Source: Solirubrobacterales bacterium
GTDB taxonomy: Bacteria > Actinomycetota > Thermoleophilia > Solirubrobacterales > Solirubrobacteraceae
Assembly: GCA_044446425.1 (NCBI GenBank)
Contig: JBIOEW010000018.1
Location: 4,110 to 68,109, forward strand
Length of the DNA stretch: 64,000 nt
Reading direction: 5' to 3'
The notes below the pieces were generated by a model. It was given only the letters and a program-made list of their open reading frames with translations, searched no databases and was not told the origin of the DNA. Numbering within the stretch: position 1 is the stretch's first letter; every line of letters begins with the position of its first letter. A program made the translations under genes and the position numbers. Shown piece after piece: positions 46,537 through 56,479 of this stretch.

Positions 46537-46606
46537 TCGCGATCACCATGCCGATCAGCACGAACACGACGATCGCGATCTGCATCCAGATCCATGTCGG
46601 CGACAT
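46520..46606 (-). CDS. Small single-TM membrane protein (28 aa)
   Basis: ATG..TGA reading MSPTWIWMQIAIVVFVLIGMVIAITRLA; GC3-biased codons; fills the intergenic gap; below the ORF-track size cut-off. Confidence 0.6.
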   Translation of the reverse strand: MSPTWIWMQIAIVVFVLIGMVIAITRLA

Positions 46607-46630
46607 TGCCGGTCGAGCCTAGCTGCTTGG

Positions 46631-47953
46631 GTGCCTCCGCCGCGAACGGCATCGACTAAGGTCAGCTGCTTGCGCAGAAGCTCTCACTTGGCGGCCGCCC
46701 TCGCACTCTGCCTCGGCGCCCTCGCCGTCACCGCGTCGCTCGCCTCCGCTCGTCCGCTCGTCGGCGTGAACCTGGGAGGGTTCGGCCCGCAGCTCTCACA
46801 CGCCGACGAAGAGGTGACCAAGGCGCACGCGCTGCACTCGAAGCTCGTGCGGATCGAGGTGACCTGGTCGGACTTCGAGCCGCTCGCGTCCGGGCAGATC
46901 GAACCCTCGGCGCTGGCCCTGACCGATCGCATCGTGGCGGCCGCGAGGGCGAACGGGATGCGCGTGATCATGCTCGTCGACGGTACCCCCTGCTGGGCCT
47001 CCTCGGCGCCCGAACCGCTGCTCTCCAAATGCGTGCCGGGAAGCTCGAGCGAGGCCAACTCCTGGCCGCCGGCTCAACCGTCGGCGTACGCCACGTTCGT
47101 CGCCTTCCTGGCGAAGCGCTACGGCGCTCCTCTGGCCGCGATCGAAGTCTGGAACGAGCCCGACCAGGCCAACGAACTGTATTTCGCCGGACCGCACAAG
47201 GCCCAGCGCTACGCCGAACTGCTGCGCTCCGCCTATCCGGCGATCAAGCAGGCAGACCCAAGCGTGAGAGTGCTCGGCGGGTCACTCGTCGGCTCAAGCG
47301 GCGTGTTCCTGCGAGCGCTGTACGCCGCCGGGATCAAGGGCTACTACGACGGCCTCGCAGTTCACTTCTACACGCTGACGCTCGCCGCGCTGCGCGAAAT
47401 TCACCAGGTGCAGCTGGCCAACGGCGACAGCACGCCACTGTGGCTCGACGAGTTCGGCTGGAGCAGTTGCTGGCCACGGCAGCGGATCCAGCAGGAACAG
47501 GCATGCGTGACCGCCAAGACGCAGGCGAGCAACTTCAGCGATCTGTTCCGTTCGCTGGCGAGGACCTCCTACGTCGCCGCCGCCGTGTTCTTCAAGCTGC
47601 AGGACTCCAGCGACGAGAACTTCGGCGTGCTCAACGCTCGCGGCGCGCACAAGCCGTCGTTCGCAACCGTCTCGCGACTGTTCGTCTCGCCGCTCGGCAG
47701 GCCGAGCCCGGTGACGCTGAAGCTCGCCGCGCGCCGCGGACGGGTCGTCGCAAGCGGCTCGGGCCCGGTCGGCGACTACATGCAGCTGGAAGTCCTGCAG
47801 CAGGGCGTGCCGCGCTTTCGCGCGTTGTTCGGGCTCGACCGCTTCAACCGCTACTCGCTGACGTTGCCCCGGGTACTCGGCCGCCATGGCCTGAAGGTGA
47901 AGGTCTGGCAGCGCTGGAGCGGCGTCGCCCGGGGCGCGACCAAGAGCATCTGA
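46631..47953 (+). CDS. Secreted clan GH-A glycoside hydrolase (GH39/GH5-like) with basic C-terminal domain
   Basis: Signal peptide; VRIEVTW, GTPCWAS, EVWNEPD (acid/base), AVHFY, LWLDEFGW (nucleophile), NFGVL. Confidence 0.82.
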   Translation: MPPPRTASTKVSCLRRSSHLAAALALCLGALAVTASLASARPLVGVNLGGFGPQLSHADEEVTKAHALHSKLVRIEVTWSDFEPLASGQIEPSALALTDRIVAAARANGMRVIMLVDGTPCWASSAPEPLLSKCVPGSSSEANSWPPAQPSAYATFVAFLAKRYGAPLAAIEVWNEPDQANELYFAGPHKAQRYAELLRSAYPAIKQADPSVRVLGGSLVGSSGVFLRALYAAGIKGYYDGLAVHFYTLTLAALREIHQVQLANGDSTPLWLDEFGWSSCWPRQRIQQEQACVTAKTQASNFSDLFRSLARTSYVAAAVFFKLQDSSDENFGVLNARGAHKPSFATVSRLFVSPLGRPSPVTLKLAARRGRVVASGSGPVGDYMQLEVLQQGVPRFRALFGLDRFNRYSLTLPRVLGRHGLKVKVWQRWSGVARGATKSI

Positions 47954-47992
47954 TCCGCGTCGGCACGGTCTCCCGGGCCGGCGCGTGACTGC

Positions 47993-49534
47993 TCACTCGG
48001 CGTTGCGGAACAGCGCGACGAACGTCAGCATCAGGATCTTCAGATCGAGGCCGATCGACCAGTTGGCGATGTAGTAGTTGTCCCACTCGACCCGCTCGGC
48101 CAGCGAAGTCTGTCCTCGCAGCCCGTGCACCTGCGCCCAGCCGGTGATACCCGACTTGACGCGGTGGCGGTCGTCGTAGCGGACGATGTCCTGGTTGAGC
48201 AGCACAACGAACTCGGGACGCTCGGGGCGCGGCCCGATCAGGCTCATCTCGCCGCGCAGAACGTTCAGCAGCTGCGGCAGCTCGTCGAGCGAGGTGCGAC
48301 GCAGGAAGCGCCCGACGGCCGTGCGCCGGTCGGGGCCCTCGACGCCACCGGGGGCGATGTCGCCGGCGATCAGGAACTCCAGCGGCTCGGGCGCGGCCTC
48401 CTCCTCGGAGTCGGCCCGCCCCGGCTCGAGGAGCATCGAGCGGAACTTGTACAGGTCGAACGCGTTGCCGTCACGCCCGACGCGGCGCTGGCTGAACAGC
48501 ACGGGACCGCGCGAGCTCAGGCGAACGGCGATCGCCGAGGAAAGGATGATCGGCGAGAGCAGCAGCAGGAATACGAGCGCCAGCACGCGATCGAGCGCGT
48601 GCTTGATCGCGAACTGAAGGCCACGTGGATCGACCCTCGTGAACGACATCAAAGGCAGGCCGCCGACCGTGTCATAGCCGACCCGGTTGTTGATCGTGTC
48701 GAACATGCGCGGCACGACCGACACCTCGATGCCAAGCTCCTGGCAGCGCTGGATCAACCGGCTCACCCGCTCGTCGGCGACTGACGAGAAGGCGACGATC
48801 AGGTGGCGCACCCCCGTCGAGGCCACGGTAGCGTCGAGGTCCTCGACGGTCCCAAGCACGGGCAGATCGCGCCCGCCGACCTCGGCGATCGAGCGTGGGT
48901 CCTCGTCGAGGAACCCGACCGGGGCCAGTCCGTAGTCGGGGTGGGCCTCCAGACGTCGGGCGACCTGCGCTCCGACCACGCCCGCGCCCATGATCAGCAC
49001 GGGCTTGCCGACGAGGCGTCGCGCGCGCGCGACGCGTTGGGCGCCGGACAGGGCGATACGCCCGATGCCGACGGCGATCAGCGCAAACAGCCAGGCGCGC
49101 ACCGTCTCGGACTGCGGCGGCGCGTGTTCGTTCATGAACAGGCCGAGCACGGCGACGGTCATCGCCCCCACCGAGACTGCGCTGACGACCGGCACGACGC
49201 CGTCGAGCACGAGTGCGCGCAATCGCGTCCGATAGAGCCCGCGCAGGTAGAACAGCAGCATCACGATCGGGGGCAGCGCCAGTATCGGCGCACGATTGGC
49301 GCTGACGTGGAGCGTCGCGTGGATCCCTCCCTGCGCGATCACGACCGCCACGCAGAGCAGCACGAGGTCGACGGCCGGGCGCAGCACGCGCCAGCCGGGC
49401 CCCTCGAGCGCCCATTGCAGCTTGCCCGCGAAGGTTCCAGCGCGGAGCGAGCGCGGCAGCGGCGCGGCGCGTCCCAGCTCTCCGCGGAGCGGAAGCGTGG
49501 TCGTGGTCTGTTGGGTCACGGGGTTGCGCGGCAT
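47993..49534 (-). CDS. Priming glycosyltransferase (polyprenyl-phosphate hexose-1-phosphate transferase, WcaJ/WbaP-like)
   Basis: N-terminal TMs and Rossmann-like GAG..G; KHALD, LYKFRSM, SLDELPQLLNVLRGEMSLIGPRPE, GITGWAQV.G.RG, WDNYYI.NWS..LD. Confidence 0.95.
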   Translation of the reverse strand: MPRNPVTQQTTTTLPLRGELGRAAPLPRSLRAGTFAGKLQWALEGPGWRVLRPAVDLVLLCVAVVIAQGGIHATLHVSANRAPILALPPIVMLLFYLRGLYRTRLRALVLDGVVPVVSAVSVGAMTVAVLGLFMNEHAPPQSETVRAWLFALIAVGIGRIALSGAQRVARARRLVGKPVLIMGAGVVGAQVARRLEAHPDYGLAPVGFLDEDPRSIAEVGGRDLPVLGTVEDLDATVASTGVRHLIVAFSSVADERVSRLIQRCQELGIEVSVVPRMFDTINNRVGYDTVGGLPLMSFTRVDPRGLQFAIKHALDRVLALVFLLLLSPIILSSAIAVRLSSRGPVLFSQRRVGRDGNAFDLYKFRSMLLEPGRADSEEEAAPEPLEFLIAGDIAPGGVEGPDRRTAVGRFLRRTSLDELPQLLNVLRGEMSLIGPRPERPEFVVLLNQDIVRYDDRHRVKSGITGWAQVHGLRGQTSLAERVEWDNYYIANWSIGLDLKILMLTFVALFRNAE

Positions 49535-49580
49535 CGGGTCTGTGTCCTACCCGGTTAGTCGGTAGATGCGTCGCATCCCT

Positions 49581-50153
49581 TTAGCCGCCGCCGCCTGCGC
49601 CCCGCGAGCTCACGGGCGCAGGCGCGCGCGTCAGCCGACGGCTGAGCACGCCGATCAGCGCGAGCATGCCAAGCACCAGCACGATCAGCAGCAGGTCGAC
49701 CCCGGACAGCCCGAGCGCGGGCGTCGACGGGGCCGAGCGGTTGCGTTCGGCGGCGGCGTAGACGTCGGCGATGCCGGGGGGGCTCGCCGGCCGGGTCGCC
49801 GAGCGGTGAGCCTGCGAGCCGCCATGGGCGCCGCTTGCTTGCGCGCCCGACGCCTCGTGGCCGGCTGCGGACCGGGTGGTCGACCCCGTGCCGCTCGAGG
49901 CAGCGGCTTCGGAGCTCGTCGTCGAGCCGCCTGGGCTGCTCGCGAGCGAGCTTGAGTCACCCGAGCCGCTGCCACTCGAACCGGAGCCCCCGCCGGGGCG
50001 GTTCAGCAGCGCAGAGCCCAGAATCGCCTGATTGCCCTGCCCGGGGCCCCCGTAACCGCTCAGCAGCGAGCTCGCCAACGCGGCGTCCGAGGATGCCGTG
50101 CCGAACGCCACGAGCCAGCCGACTATGAGGATGATCGTGCGATGCCTTGTCAT
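49581..50153 (-). CDS. Small Ser/Gly/Thr-rich exported protein with C-terminal membrane anchor
   Basis: Signal-like N-terminus, SGYGGPGQG motif, low-complexity S/G/T/A stretch, LGLSGVDL + hydrophobic helix + RR tail; start ATG 50153. Confidence 0.65.
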   Translation of the reverse strand: MTRHRTIILIVGWLVAFGTASSDAALASSLLSGYGGPGQGNQAILGSALLNRPGGGSGSSGSGSGDSSSLASSPGGSTTSSEAAASSGTGSTTRSAAGHEASGAQASGAHGGSQAHRSATRPASPPGIADVYAAAERNRSAPSTPALGLSGVDLLLIVLVLGMLALIGVLSRRLTRAPAPVSSRGAGGGG

Positions 50154-50351
50154 GCTTCCTTGCCTGCGGTCTCGCCTGACTCCGACGCTCCGTGCCATGT
50201 TCTTGTCTGGTCTTCGCACCCGCCGTCGCGCCCGGATCACCGAAGCGAGGTGCGGGACGTGGCCCGGCGACCTTGTGACTGTACTTACGCTACCGGAGGC
50301 GGACTGACGTGTCGAGAAGATTTCACCCTATTTCGATATCGCGACAAGCGT

Positions 50352-52439
50352 TCATGAGAATTTCTGAGCTTTGAGCAGAATTGAGCGGTTCAGCGTTTCG
50401 AGATCGATTCGCTTCCCCTGTCGGACGAGCGCCAACGCTTCGTGCGCGAGTTCGTCGCGTGGTGCCAGCCGCACAGCCCTGCCGAGCAGCCGGAGCGCTT
50501 CCTCGTGCCGGCCTGCCGAGGAGGCGATCGCCCCTCGCTCGAGCGTCGCGTAGGCGTCGCCGGGGGTCCGATCGAGCGCCTTGGAGAAGTCGCGGTCGGC
50601 GCGCGCGAGGTCGCCGAAGCGAAGTGCGATCGTGCCTGCCACCAGATACGGCTCGTCGCTCAGCGGGTCGAGGCTCGCCGCATCTTCCAGCGTCGAATAC
50701 GCCTTCCGCGGCGCCGTCGTCCAGATTCGCGCCGCGCTCTGGACCTGTAGTTCGGAGAGCCATGGCGCGGCGAGCGAAAGACACGCGGCGAGCGCGATCG
50801 CGACAAAGCCGGCGATCATCGCGACGCGCAAGGTCCTGGCGCGTCCCGCGAACGCACGCTTCGCTCCGTTGCCCTCGGCGCCGGGGGTTGTGGTGTCGCT
50901 CAGGGACCCTCGCGCGGGCGCGAGCGAACACGACAGCCCGAGCAGGGCGAACGCCGGCGCGCCGAGCCCGGCGAACTCCCAGAACCAGTCGACCGAGCCA
51001 TGCACGAGCCAATAGGCGAACCCGGACAGCGCGGCCATCGCGACCCACGCTCCCAGCGGGTCGGCGCGACGGGCGGCTGCGGAGAACCACGCCCGCGAGC
51101 TTGCGAGGAGCGCGGCGCCAAGACCGAGTACGGCGAGCACGAGCCCGAGCACGCCGGTCTCCGTCAGCGTGCGCAGCTCGACGCTGTGCGGATAGTGCGG
51201 CGTCTCACCGCTGCGCCCGTGCACGAGGTACTGCTGCTGGAAGTTGTCGACCCCGATACCGACCAGCGGGTGGGCGCTGAATTCGTCCAGCGCGACGCGG
51301 TAGAAGTCGTAGCGATTGCTGCCGAGGCCGCCGGTCAGGCGACTGCCGCCGCCGCGATTGGCGGCGTAGCCGCCCTTGAAGGTCTGCCATCCGTGTTCGA
51401 CGCGGGCGATCGGGTCGCCGGCCGCCACCAGGCCACCGGCGATTGCTGCGACGAGCACCGCTATCGCGCTCGCCGCGATCGCCCTGTGCAGTAGTGAGGC
51501 GGTGCGCTCGGAGAAGGGGCGTCGGCGCTCGAGCGCGCTCGCCGCTGCGACCGCCAAGCCGACCAGGACGGCAGCGGCGAGCACGGCGGCGATCGCCGCG
51601 TGCAGCGCGCCCTCGACGTCGCCGCCGTTCGAGAGCCGGTCGCCGACGCGCAGGACCGTCGGCGTGGTGGCGCCGATGCCGATCGCGATCGGCACGAGCA
51701 CGAGGAACGTGCGCAGGCGAACGGGCAGCAGCGCGAAGACGAGGATCAGCATCGCGACGGTGGCGTAGAGCGAGCCGCGGCTCTGGCTCAGCAGCGCGAG
51801 GTCGGCGAGCAGCACGGCGCCGCCGCCGAGCAGCCCGCGCAAAGCCCACGGCAGGCGTCCGCAGGCGGCGAGCAGCAGGGCCGGCCAGACGACCATCGCC
51901 CACGTCGCCGCGCTCGCGTTTTCATAACCGGCCGGGTACTTCAGACGTCCTTCGCCGAACAGCTGTGCAGGGTGCGCCGCGCCGTCTACGTGCAGCAGCA
52001 CGAACACGGCGAGGGCGATCATCGCGACCGCCCACGTGCCGAGCAGGATCGCCGCGCCGGCGCCGCTTCGCGCCCACAGCGAGAACAGCGCGAACACGAG
52101 CAGGTAGAGCAGCATGCGGTTCGCCCCTTCCCAGGCGTCGCCCGGGACGTCCGCCCAGAGGATCGAGAGATAGCTGAGCGCCGTGTACAGGCCGAGGCAG
52201 ATCAGCGCGACCCGCAGCGGCAGCGAGATGCTCGGCAGGCGAAGCGGGATGGTGAACAGCGCGATCGTCAACAGCGCGAGCACGATCAGCGCGCCCGGCG
52301 CCCAGCGCGTCAGCGGATAGCCGGCCTGGTCGGACGCCCACCAGATCAACAGCGCGAGCGCCCCCAGCGCGGGGACCGTGGCCGGGCTCTCACGCAGGAC
52401 GTCGCGGAGCTCGGCGATCGAGAAGGCCCGCACAGGCAT
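50352..52439 (-). CDS. O-antigen ligase/Wzy_C-family membrane protein with C-terminal TPR region
   Basis: Many TMs; RLKYPAGYENA, LSQSRGS, SNRYDFYRVAL, PLVGIG, PHSVEL..L.ETG..G, HGSVDW; TPR-like C-terminus. Confidence 0.85.
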   Translation of the reverse strand: MPVRAFSIAELRDVLRESPATVPALGALALLIWWASDQAGYPLTRWAPGALIVLALLTIALFTIPLRLPSISLPLRVALICLGLYTALSYLSILWADVPGDAWEGANRMLLYLLVFALFSLWARSGAGAAILLGTWAVAMIALAVFVLLHVDGAAHPAQLFGEGRLKYPAGYENASAATWAMVVWPALLLAACGRLPWALRGLLGGGAVLLADLALLSQSRGSLYATVAMLILVFALLPVRLRTFLVLVPIAIGIGATTPTVLRVGDRLSNGGDVEGALHAAIAAVLAAAVLVGLAVAAASALERRRPFSERTASLLHRAIAASAIAVLVAAIAGGLVAAGDPIARVEHGWQTFKGGYAANRGGGSRLTGGLGSNRYDFYRVALDEFSAHPLVGIGVDNFQQQYLVHGRSGETPHYPHSVELRTLTETGVLGLVLAVLGLGAALLASSRAWFSAAARRADPLGAWVAMAALSGFAYWLVHGSVDWFWEFAGLGAPAFALLGLSCSLAPARGSLSDTTTPGAEGNGAKRAFAGRARTLRVAMIAGFVAIALAACLSLAAPWLSELQVQSAARIWTTAPRKAYSTLEDAASLDPLSDEPYLVAGTIALRFGDLARADRDFSKALDRTPGDAYATLERGAIASSAGRHEEALRLLGRAVRLAPRDELAHEALALVRQGKRIDLETLNRSILLKAQKFS

Positions 52440-52552
52440 TCGGCTGAGACTATCCGGCGCATCGCCTGCCAAGACCCGGGCGCGGACGATCGGCGGGTGT
52501 CCCGCGCGGCGAGGCCCTATTAGGCTTCAGGCGGCGGTCCGCCGCGCGACCC

Positions 52553-53335
52553 ATGCACACGCTCATGTACCACGACATCGCGCCCCGCGACCAGCGCGAC
52601 GCGGCCGGCTTCCCCGGGCCGCTGGCAGCGCGCTACAAGCTCGAGCCCGCGGTGTTCGAGGCACACCTCGACGCGGTCGCGGCGACGGGGTTGACCGTCG
52701 GCACGCTTGACGGCGACGGAGCCGGCGCCGGCGCCGGCTCCGCGCCGGCCGTCGCGCTGACATTCGACGACGGCGGCTGCTCGGCGCCGCTCGCGGCCGA
52801 GGCGCTGGAGCGGCGCGGCTGGCGCGGACAGTTCTTCGTCACGTCCTCGCGAATCGACACGCCGGGCTTCATGACGGCCGATCAGCTGCGCGCGTTGAGC
52901 GCGCGCGGGCACGTGATCGGCAGCCACTCGCACACGCACCCGACATACATGGGCCGCCTGACGCGCGCGCAGCTCGACGAGGAGTGGTCGCGCAGCCGCG
53001 ACCTGCTCGCCGACACGCTCGGCGACGCTCCGCGGACGGCCTCGGTGCCGGGCGGCTTCCTCTCCGCAGCCGTGATCGCGGCGGCGGCTGCCTGCGGCTA
53101 CGAGCTGCTGTTCACCTCAGAGCCCAGCGCGCGCGTCGCGCAGCGCGGCCTCGAGCTGCGCGGCCGCTACACGATCTGGGCCTCGACGCCGCCGCGCATC
53201 GCCGCGGCTTACGCCGAAGGCGATCGCCTCGCGTGCGGGCGACTGTGGCTCGAGTGGAACGCGAAGAAGCTCGCCAAGCGCGTCAGCCCGCCCGTCTACC
53301 AGGCGCTGCGACGCGTGCGCGCCGCGCGCTCCTGA
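52553..53335 (+). CDS. Polysaccharide deacetylase (CE4/NodB-like)
   Basis: LMYHD, LTFDDG, FFV, IGSHSHTH, SVPGG. Confidence 0.88.
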   Translation: MHTLMYHDIAPRDQRDAAGFPGPLAARYKLEPAVFEAHLDAVAATGLTVGTLDGDGAGAGAGSAPAVALTFDDGGCSAPLAAEALERRGWRGQFFVTSSRIDTPGFMTADQLRALSARGHVIGSHSHTHPTYMGRLTRAQLDEEWSRSRDLLADTLGDAPRTASVPGGFLSAAVIAAAAACGYELLFTSEPSARVAQRGLELRGRYTIWASTPPRIAAAYAEGDRLACGRLWLEWNAKKLAKRVSPPVYQALRRVRAARS

Positions 53336-53360
53336 GCGACGCCCAGCGGGCGTCGGCCGC

Positions 53361-54518
53361 TCAGCGGGCGTTCTCCAGATACGCCGCGAGCCGCTCCGTA
53401 GCCGCCTCCAGCGTGCCCCCGCGGGCGCGCTGAAGACCGGCGGCGATCAGCTCGTCGCGCAACTGCGGCTCGGCTGCGATCCGTTCGAGCGCCGCGGCCG
53501 CGGCGGCGGCGTCGTCGGGCTCGACCAGCAGCGCGGCTCCTTCGGCGGCCGCCGGCACCCCGCCGACCGCCGTCGCGACGGTCGGCAGCCCGCTGGCGAA
53601 GGCCTCGACGAGCACCTGTGGAAAGCCCTCGGTCCAGGAGACGTGAAGGAACGCGTGGCTGTTGCGGTAGAGGTCGAGCAGACCGCCGTCGATCGGCACG
53701 TAGCCGAGCAGCTCGAAGTCCCGGTGCAGCCCGAGCTGCTCGACCCGCTGCTGCAGCTGCTCGCGCATCGGCCCGTCGCCGCAGACGAGCAGGCGCCAGC
53801 GGCGCCCACCGGCCACGAGCAGCGCCGCGATCTCGGCCAGCAGCAACGGATTCTTCTCCGCGTCCAGGCGCCCGACGGTCAGCAGCGTCAGCTCGCCTGA
53901 GTAGTCGCGGCCGGAGATGGCGGCTGCTGCCTCGGCGAGGTCGCTCTCGGAGACGAGCGAGACGGCCGTCGCGAGCACGCTGCGCGCGTGACCCTCGCGA
54001 TACTTGCGCTCGAGCTCCGGGCCGACGACGACGACCGGGTAGCGACGCGCCAGTAGCCGCCAGATCGCCTCAAGCAGGTCTGCGGCCCAGTGCATCCAGC
54101 GGCGGTCGGGGCGGCGGCTGCGAACGTACAGCGGCATGTCCTGGCGGACCCCCAGCACGAGCCGGCGCCGGCGCGCGATGGTCAGCAGCGCGAGCAACAG
54201 CGAGTGGGGATAGGGGCCGAGCACCCAGACGGTGTCGACCTCGTCGAGCAGACGCCAGAAGCGCTTGACCGAGACCAGCAGCGAGCGCGCCACCGCGAGT
54301 GGATGCCCCAGGCTCTCGTAGTGCGGCAGCCCGACGAGCTCGGTGTGCTCGTGCAGCGGGTAGTGCGAGCTTCCCGGCTTGGGGTCGAGGCGACCGACGA
54401 GCACGAGCCGCTCGACGCGCTCGCGCAGCGCCTCGAGGAAGACGACGAACGCCCGCTGCCCGTAGCGCCGGGCGCCGTCGGAGCGATACTCGTAGTCGGT
54501 GTACACGGCGAGCCGCAA
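53361..54518 (-). CDS. Glycosyltransferase family 4
   Basis: VGRLDAEKN, GDGP, SWTEGFPQVLVEAFASGLP.VAT.VGG. Confidence 0.9.
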   Translation of the reverse strand: MRLAVYTDYEYRSDGARRYGQRAFVVFLEALRERVERLVLVGRLDPKPGSSHYPLHEHTELVGLPHYESLGHPLAVARSLLVSVKRFWRLLDEVDTVWVLGPYPHSLLLALLTIARRRRLVLGVRQDMPLYVRSRRPDRRWMHWAADLLEAIWRLLARRYPVVVVGPELERKYREGHARSVLATAVSLVSESDLAEAAAAISGRDYSGELTLLTVGRLDAEKNPLLLAEIAALLVAGGRRWRLLVCGDGPMREQLQQRVEQLGLHRDFELLGYVPIDGGLLDLYRNSHAFLHVSWTEGFPQVLVEAFASGLPTVATAVGGVPAAAEGAALLVEPDDAAAAAAALERIAAEPQLRDELIAAGLQRARGGTLEAATERLAAYLENAR

Positions 54519-54520
54519 CT

Positions 54521-55648
54521 TCAGGCGTCCCCGGCGTGCAACGAGGGGGCGTAGACGTCATCGTCCGACTCCCACTCCAGCGAGCGCCCGTCGCCCAGCA
54601 CGCGCGCGAACGCCGCGAGCGGCGGCCCGAAGCGGCACATCCCGGCAAGCGTGCCGACCCCCCATCCGAGGTGCATCGCGGGCAGCACGACGAGCAGCAG
54701 CAGCGCATCGCGCCGGCGCCCGGGGCCGCGTGCCGCGCTGCATGCGGTCACGAGGAGGGCGCTCGCGTACACGAGCAGACCGGCGCGCGCCGCCCGGCGC
54801 GGCTGCCTCGGCAAGACCACCGCGGCGAGCGGCGTGAGCGCCAGCGCCGGCGCGATCAAGTGCGAGCGGCGCATGCTCTGCGGATGGCGGCGGAACGTGC
54901 GCGCTCGGTAGAAGCCGTAGCGGAAGTACTGACGCGCGAGCCCCTCGACCGAGTCCCGCGGCACGTAGTAGCCGGCCATCTCGGGCAGGCACACCAGTCG
55001 CGCGCCGCGGCGCAGGAAGCGCGAGGCCATCTCCGAGTCCTGGTTGATCGGCCAGCGCTCGTCCCATCCGCCCGCCTCGAGCACGCGCTCGCGCCGCCAC
55101 ACGCCGCCGAACACGCCCGTGTCCAGGTCGCGCTCCTCGTCGCCTGCGAGATCCTCGCTCCACTTGCGCGAGCCGCCTCGGCCGAGCCACGACGCCAGCG
55201 CGAGCGCGACGGCGCGGGAGATCGGACCCACCCCGCGTGGGATCGCGGGGCCGCTGACCCAATCGGTGTCACCGCGGCGCAGGCGCTCGACGCCCGCCGC
55301 GAGATAGCGATCGCCGTAGTAGGTGTGGGCGTCCATCCTGGCGACGAACTCGCCGCGCGCCTCGCGCAAGCAGACGTTGAGTCCGCTGGCCGTCTGCCGG
55401 CGGGGATTGTCCAGCAGACGAATCCGCGGATCCTGCGCTGCCAGCTCGAGCAGGATCTCGCGCGTGCGATCGTCAGAGCCGCCGTCGGCGAACAGCAGCT
55501 CGATCGTCCCATCGAAGCGCTGCGCCTGCATCGCGGCGACCGTCTCGCGGATGCGGCGCTCCTCGTTGAGCACGGGTACGAGCACGCTGACGTCGACGCG
55601 ATCGTCCTGCAGCCGGTCGGGCGAGCTCGATGCTGGAAGAGCGCTCAC
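54521..55648 (-). CDS. Glycosyltransferase family 2 (ExoA-like)
   Basis: VLVPVLNE, DGGSDDRT, GLN, RMDAH, GGWDE...NQDSE, RQYFRYG..R. Confidence 0.9.
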   Translation of the reverse strand: MSALPASSSPDRLQDDRVDVSVLVPVLNEERRIRETVAAMQAQRFDGTIELLFADGGSDDRTREILLELAAQDPRIRLLDNPRRQTASGLNVCLREARGEFVARMDAHTYYGDRYLAAGVERLRRGDTDWVSGPAIPRGVGPISRAVALALASWLGRGGSRKWSEDLAGDEERDLDTGVFGGVWRRERVLEAGGWDERWPINQDSEMASRFLRRGARLVCLPEMAGYYVPRDSVEGLARQYFRYGFYRARTFRRHPQSMRRSHLIAPALALTPLAAVVLPRQPRRAARAGLLVYASALLVTACSAARGPGRRRDALLLLVVLPAMHLGWGVGTLAGMCRFGPPLAAFARVLGDGRSLEWESDDDVYAPSLHAGDA

Positions 55649-55695
55649 GCGCGTTCATTATGCTGTCCGCTACCGCCGGAGCCGGGCTCTGCAAC

Positions 55696-56472
55696 GTGAC
55701 CGACGTAATCGTCCTCTGCTACCACGCGTTGAGCCCCACCTGGGACGCGGCGCTCTCGACCACGCCACAGCTCTTCGAGCGACAGCTGTCGACGCTCGTT
55801 CGACGCGGCTACCGTGGCGCGACGTTCACCGAAGCCGTCACAGCGCCGCCGGCAGAGCGAGTCGTTTGCGTGACCTTCGACGACGCCTACCGTTCCGTGC
55901 AGCGGCTCGCCCGTCCGATCCTCGACCGCTTGGAGCTGCCGGCGACGGTCTTCGCCCCAACCGATCAGATCGGCATCGAGGGCCCGCTGCACTGGCCCGG
56001 GATCGATCGCTGGATCGGCGGTCCACACGAGTCCGAGCTGACGCCGATGTCGTGGCAGGAACTGCGCGCGCTCGCCGAGCACGGTTGGGAGATCGGCTCG
56101 CACACCGGTTCGCACCCACACCTCACGCAGATCGACGACGAAACGCTCGACTCCGAGCTGACGCGCTCGAAGGCAGCGTGCGAACGGGAGCTGCACGCGC
56201 CCTGCACCTCGCTCGCCTATCCATACGGCGATGTCGACGATCGCGTCGTGGCGGCAACCGCGCGCAGCGGTTATACCGTTGCCGCGGCGCTGCCGGGGCG
56301 GCTGCACGCGGAGGAGAAGCTGCGCTGGCCGCGCATCGGCGTCTACCGCGCCGATGACGGGCGCCGTTTTCGCATGAAGGTCTCCCGCCCACTGCGCGCG
56401 CTGCGCCAGACGGGCGTATGGGATGCGCTGCGGGCGCTGCGCGACCGGCGAGCGCCCGCGCCCCAAGGCTGA
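55696..56472 (+). CDS. Polysaccharide deacetylase (CE4/NodB-like)
   Basis: VLCYHA, VTFDDAY, ATVF, MSWQEL, EIGSHT.SHP.L, AYPYG; start GTG 55696 (alternative ATG 55660). Confidence 0.88.
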   Translation: MTDVIVLCYHALSPTWDAALSTTPQLFERQLSTLVRRGYRGATFTEAVTAPPAERVVCVTFDDAYRSVQRLARPILDRLELPATVFAPTDQIGIEGPLHWPGIDRWIGGPHESELTPMSWQELRALAEHGWEIGSHTGSHPHLTQIDDETLDSELTRSKAACERELHAPCTSLAYPYGDVDDRVVAATARSGYTVAAALPGRLHAEEKLRWPRIGVYRADDGRRFRMKVSRPLRALRQTGVWDALRALRDRRAPAPQG

Positions 56473-56479
56473 CGCCAAC

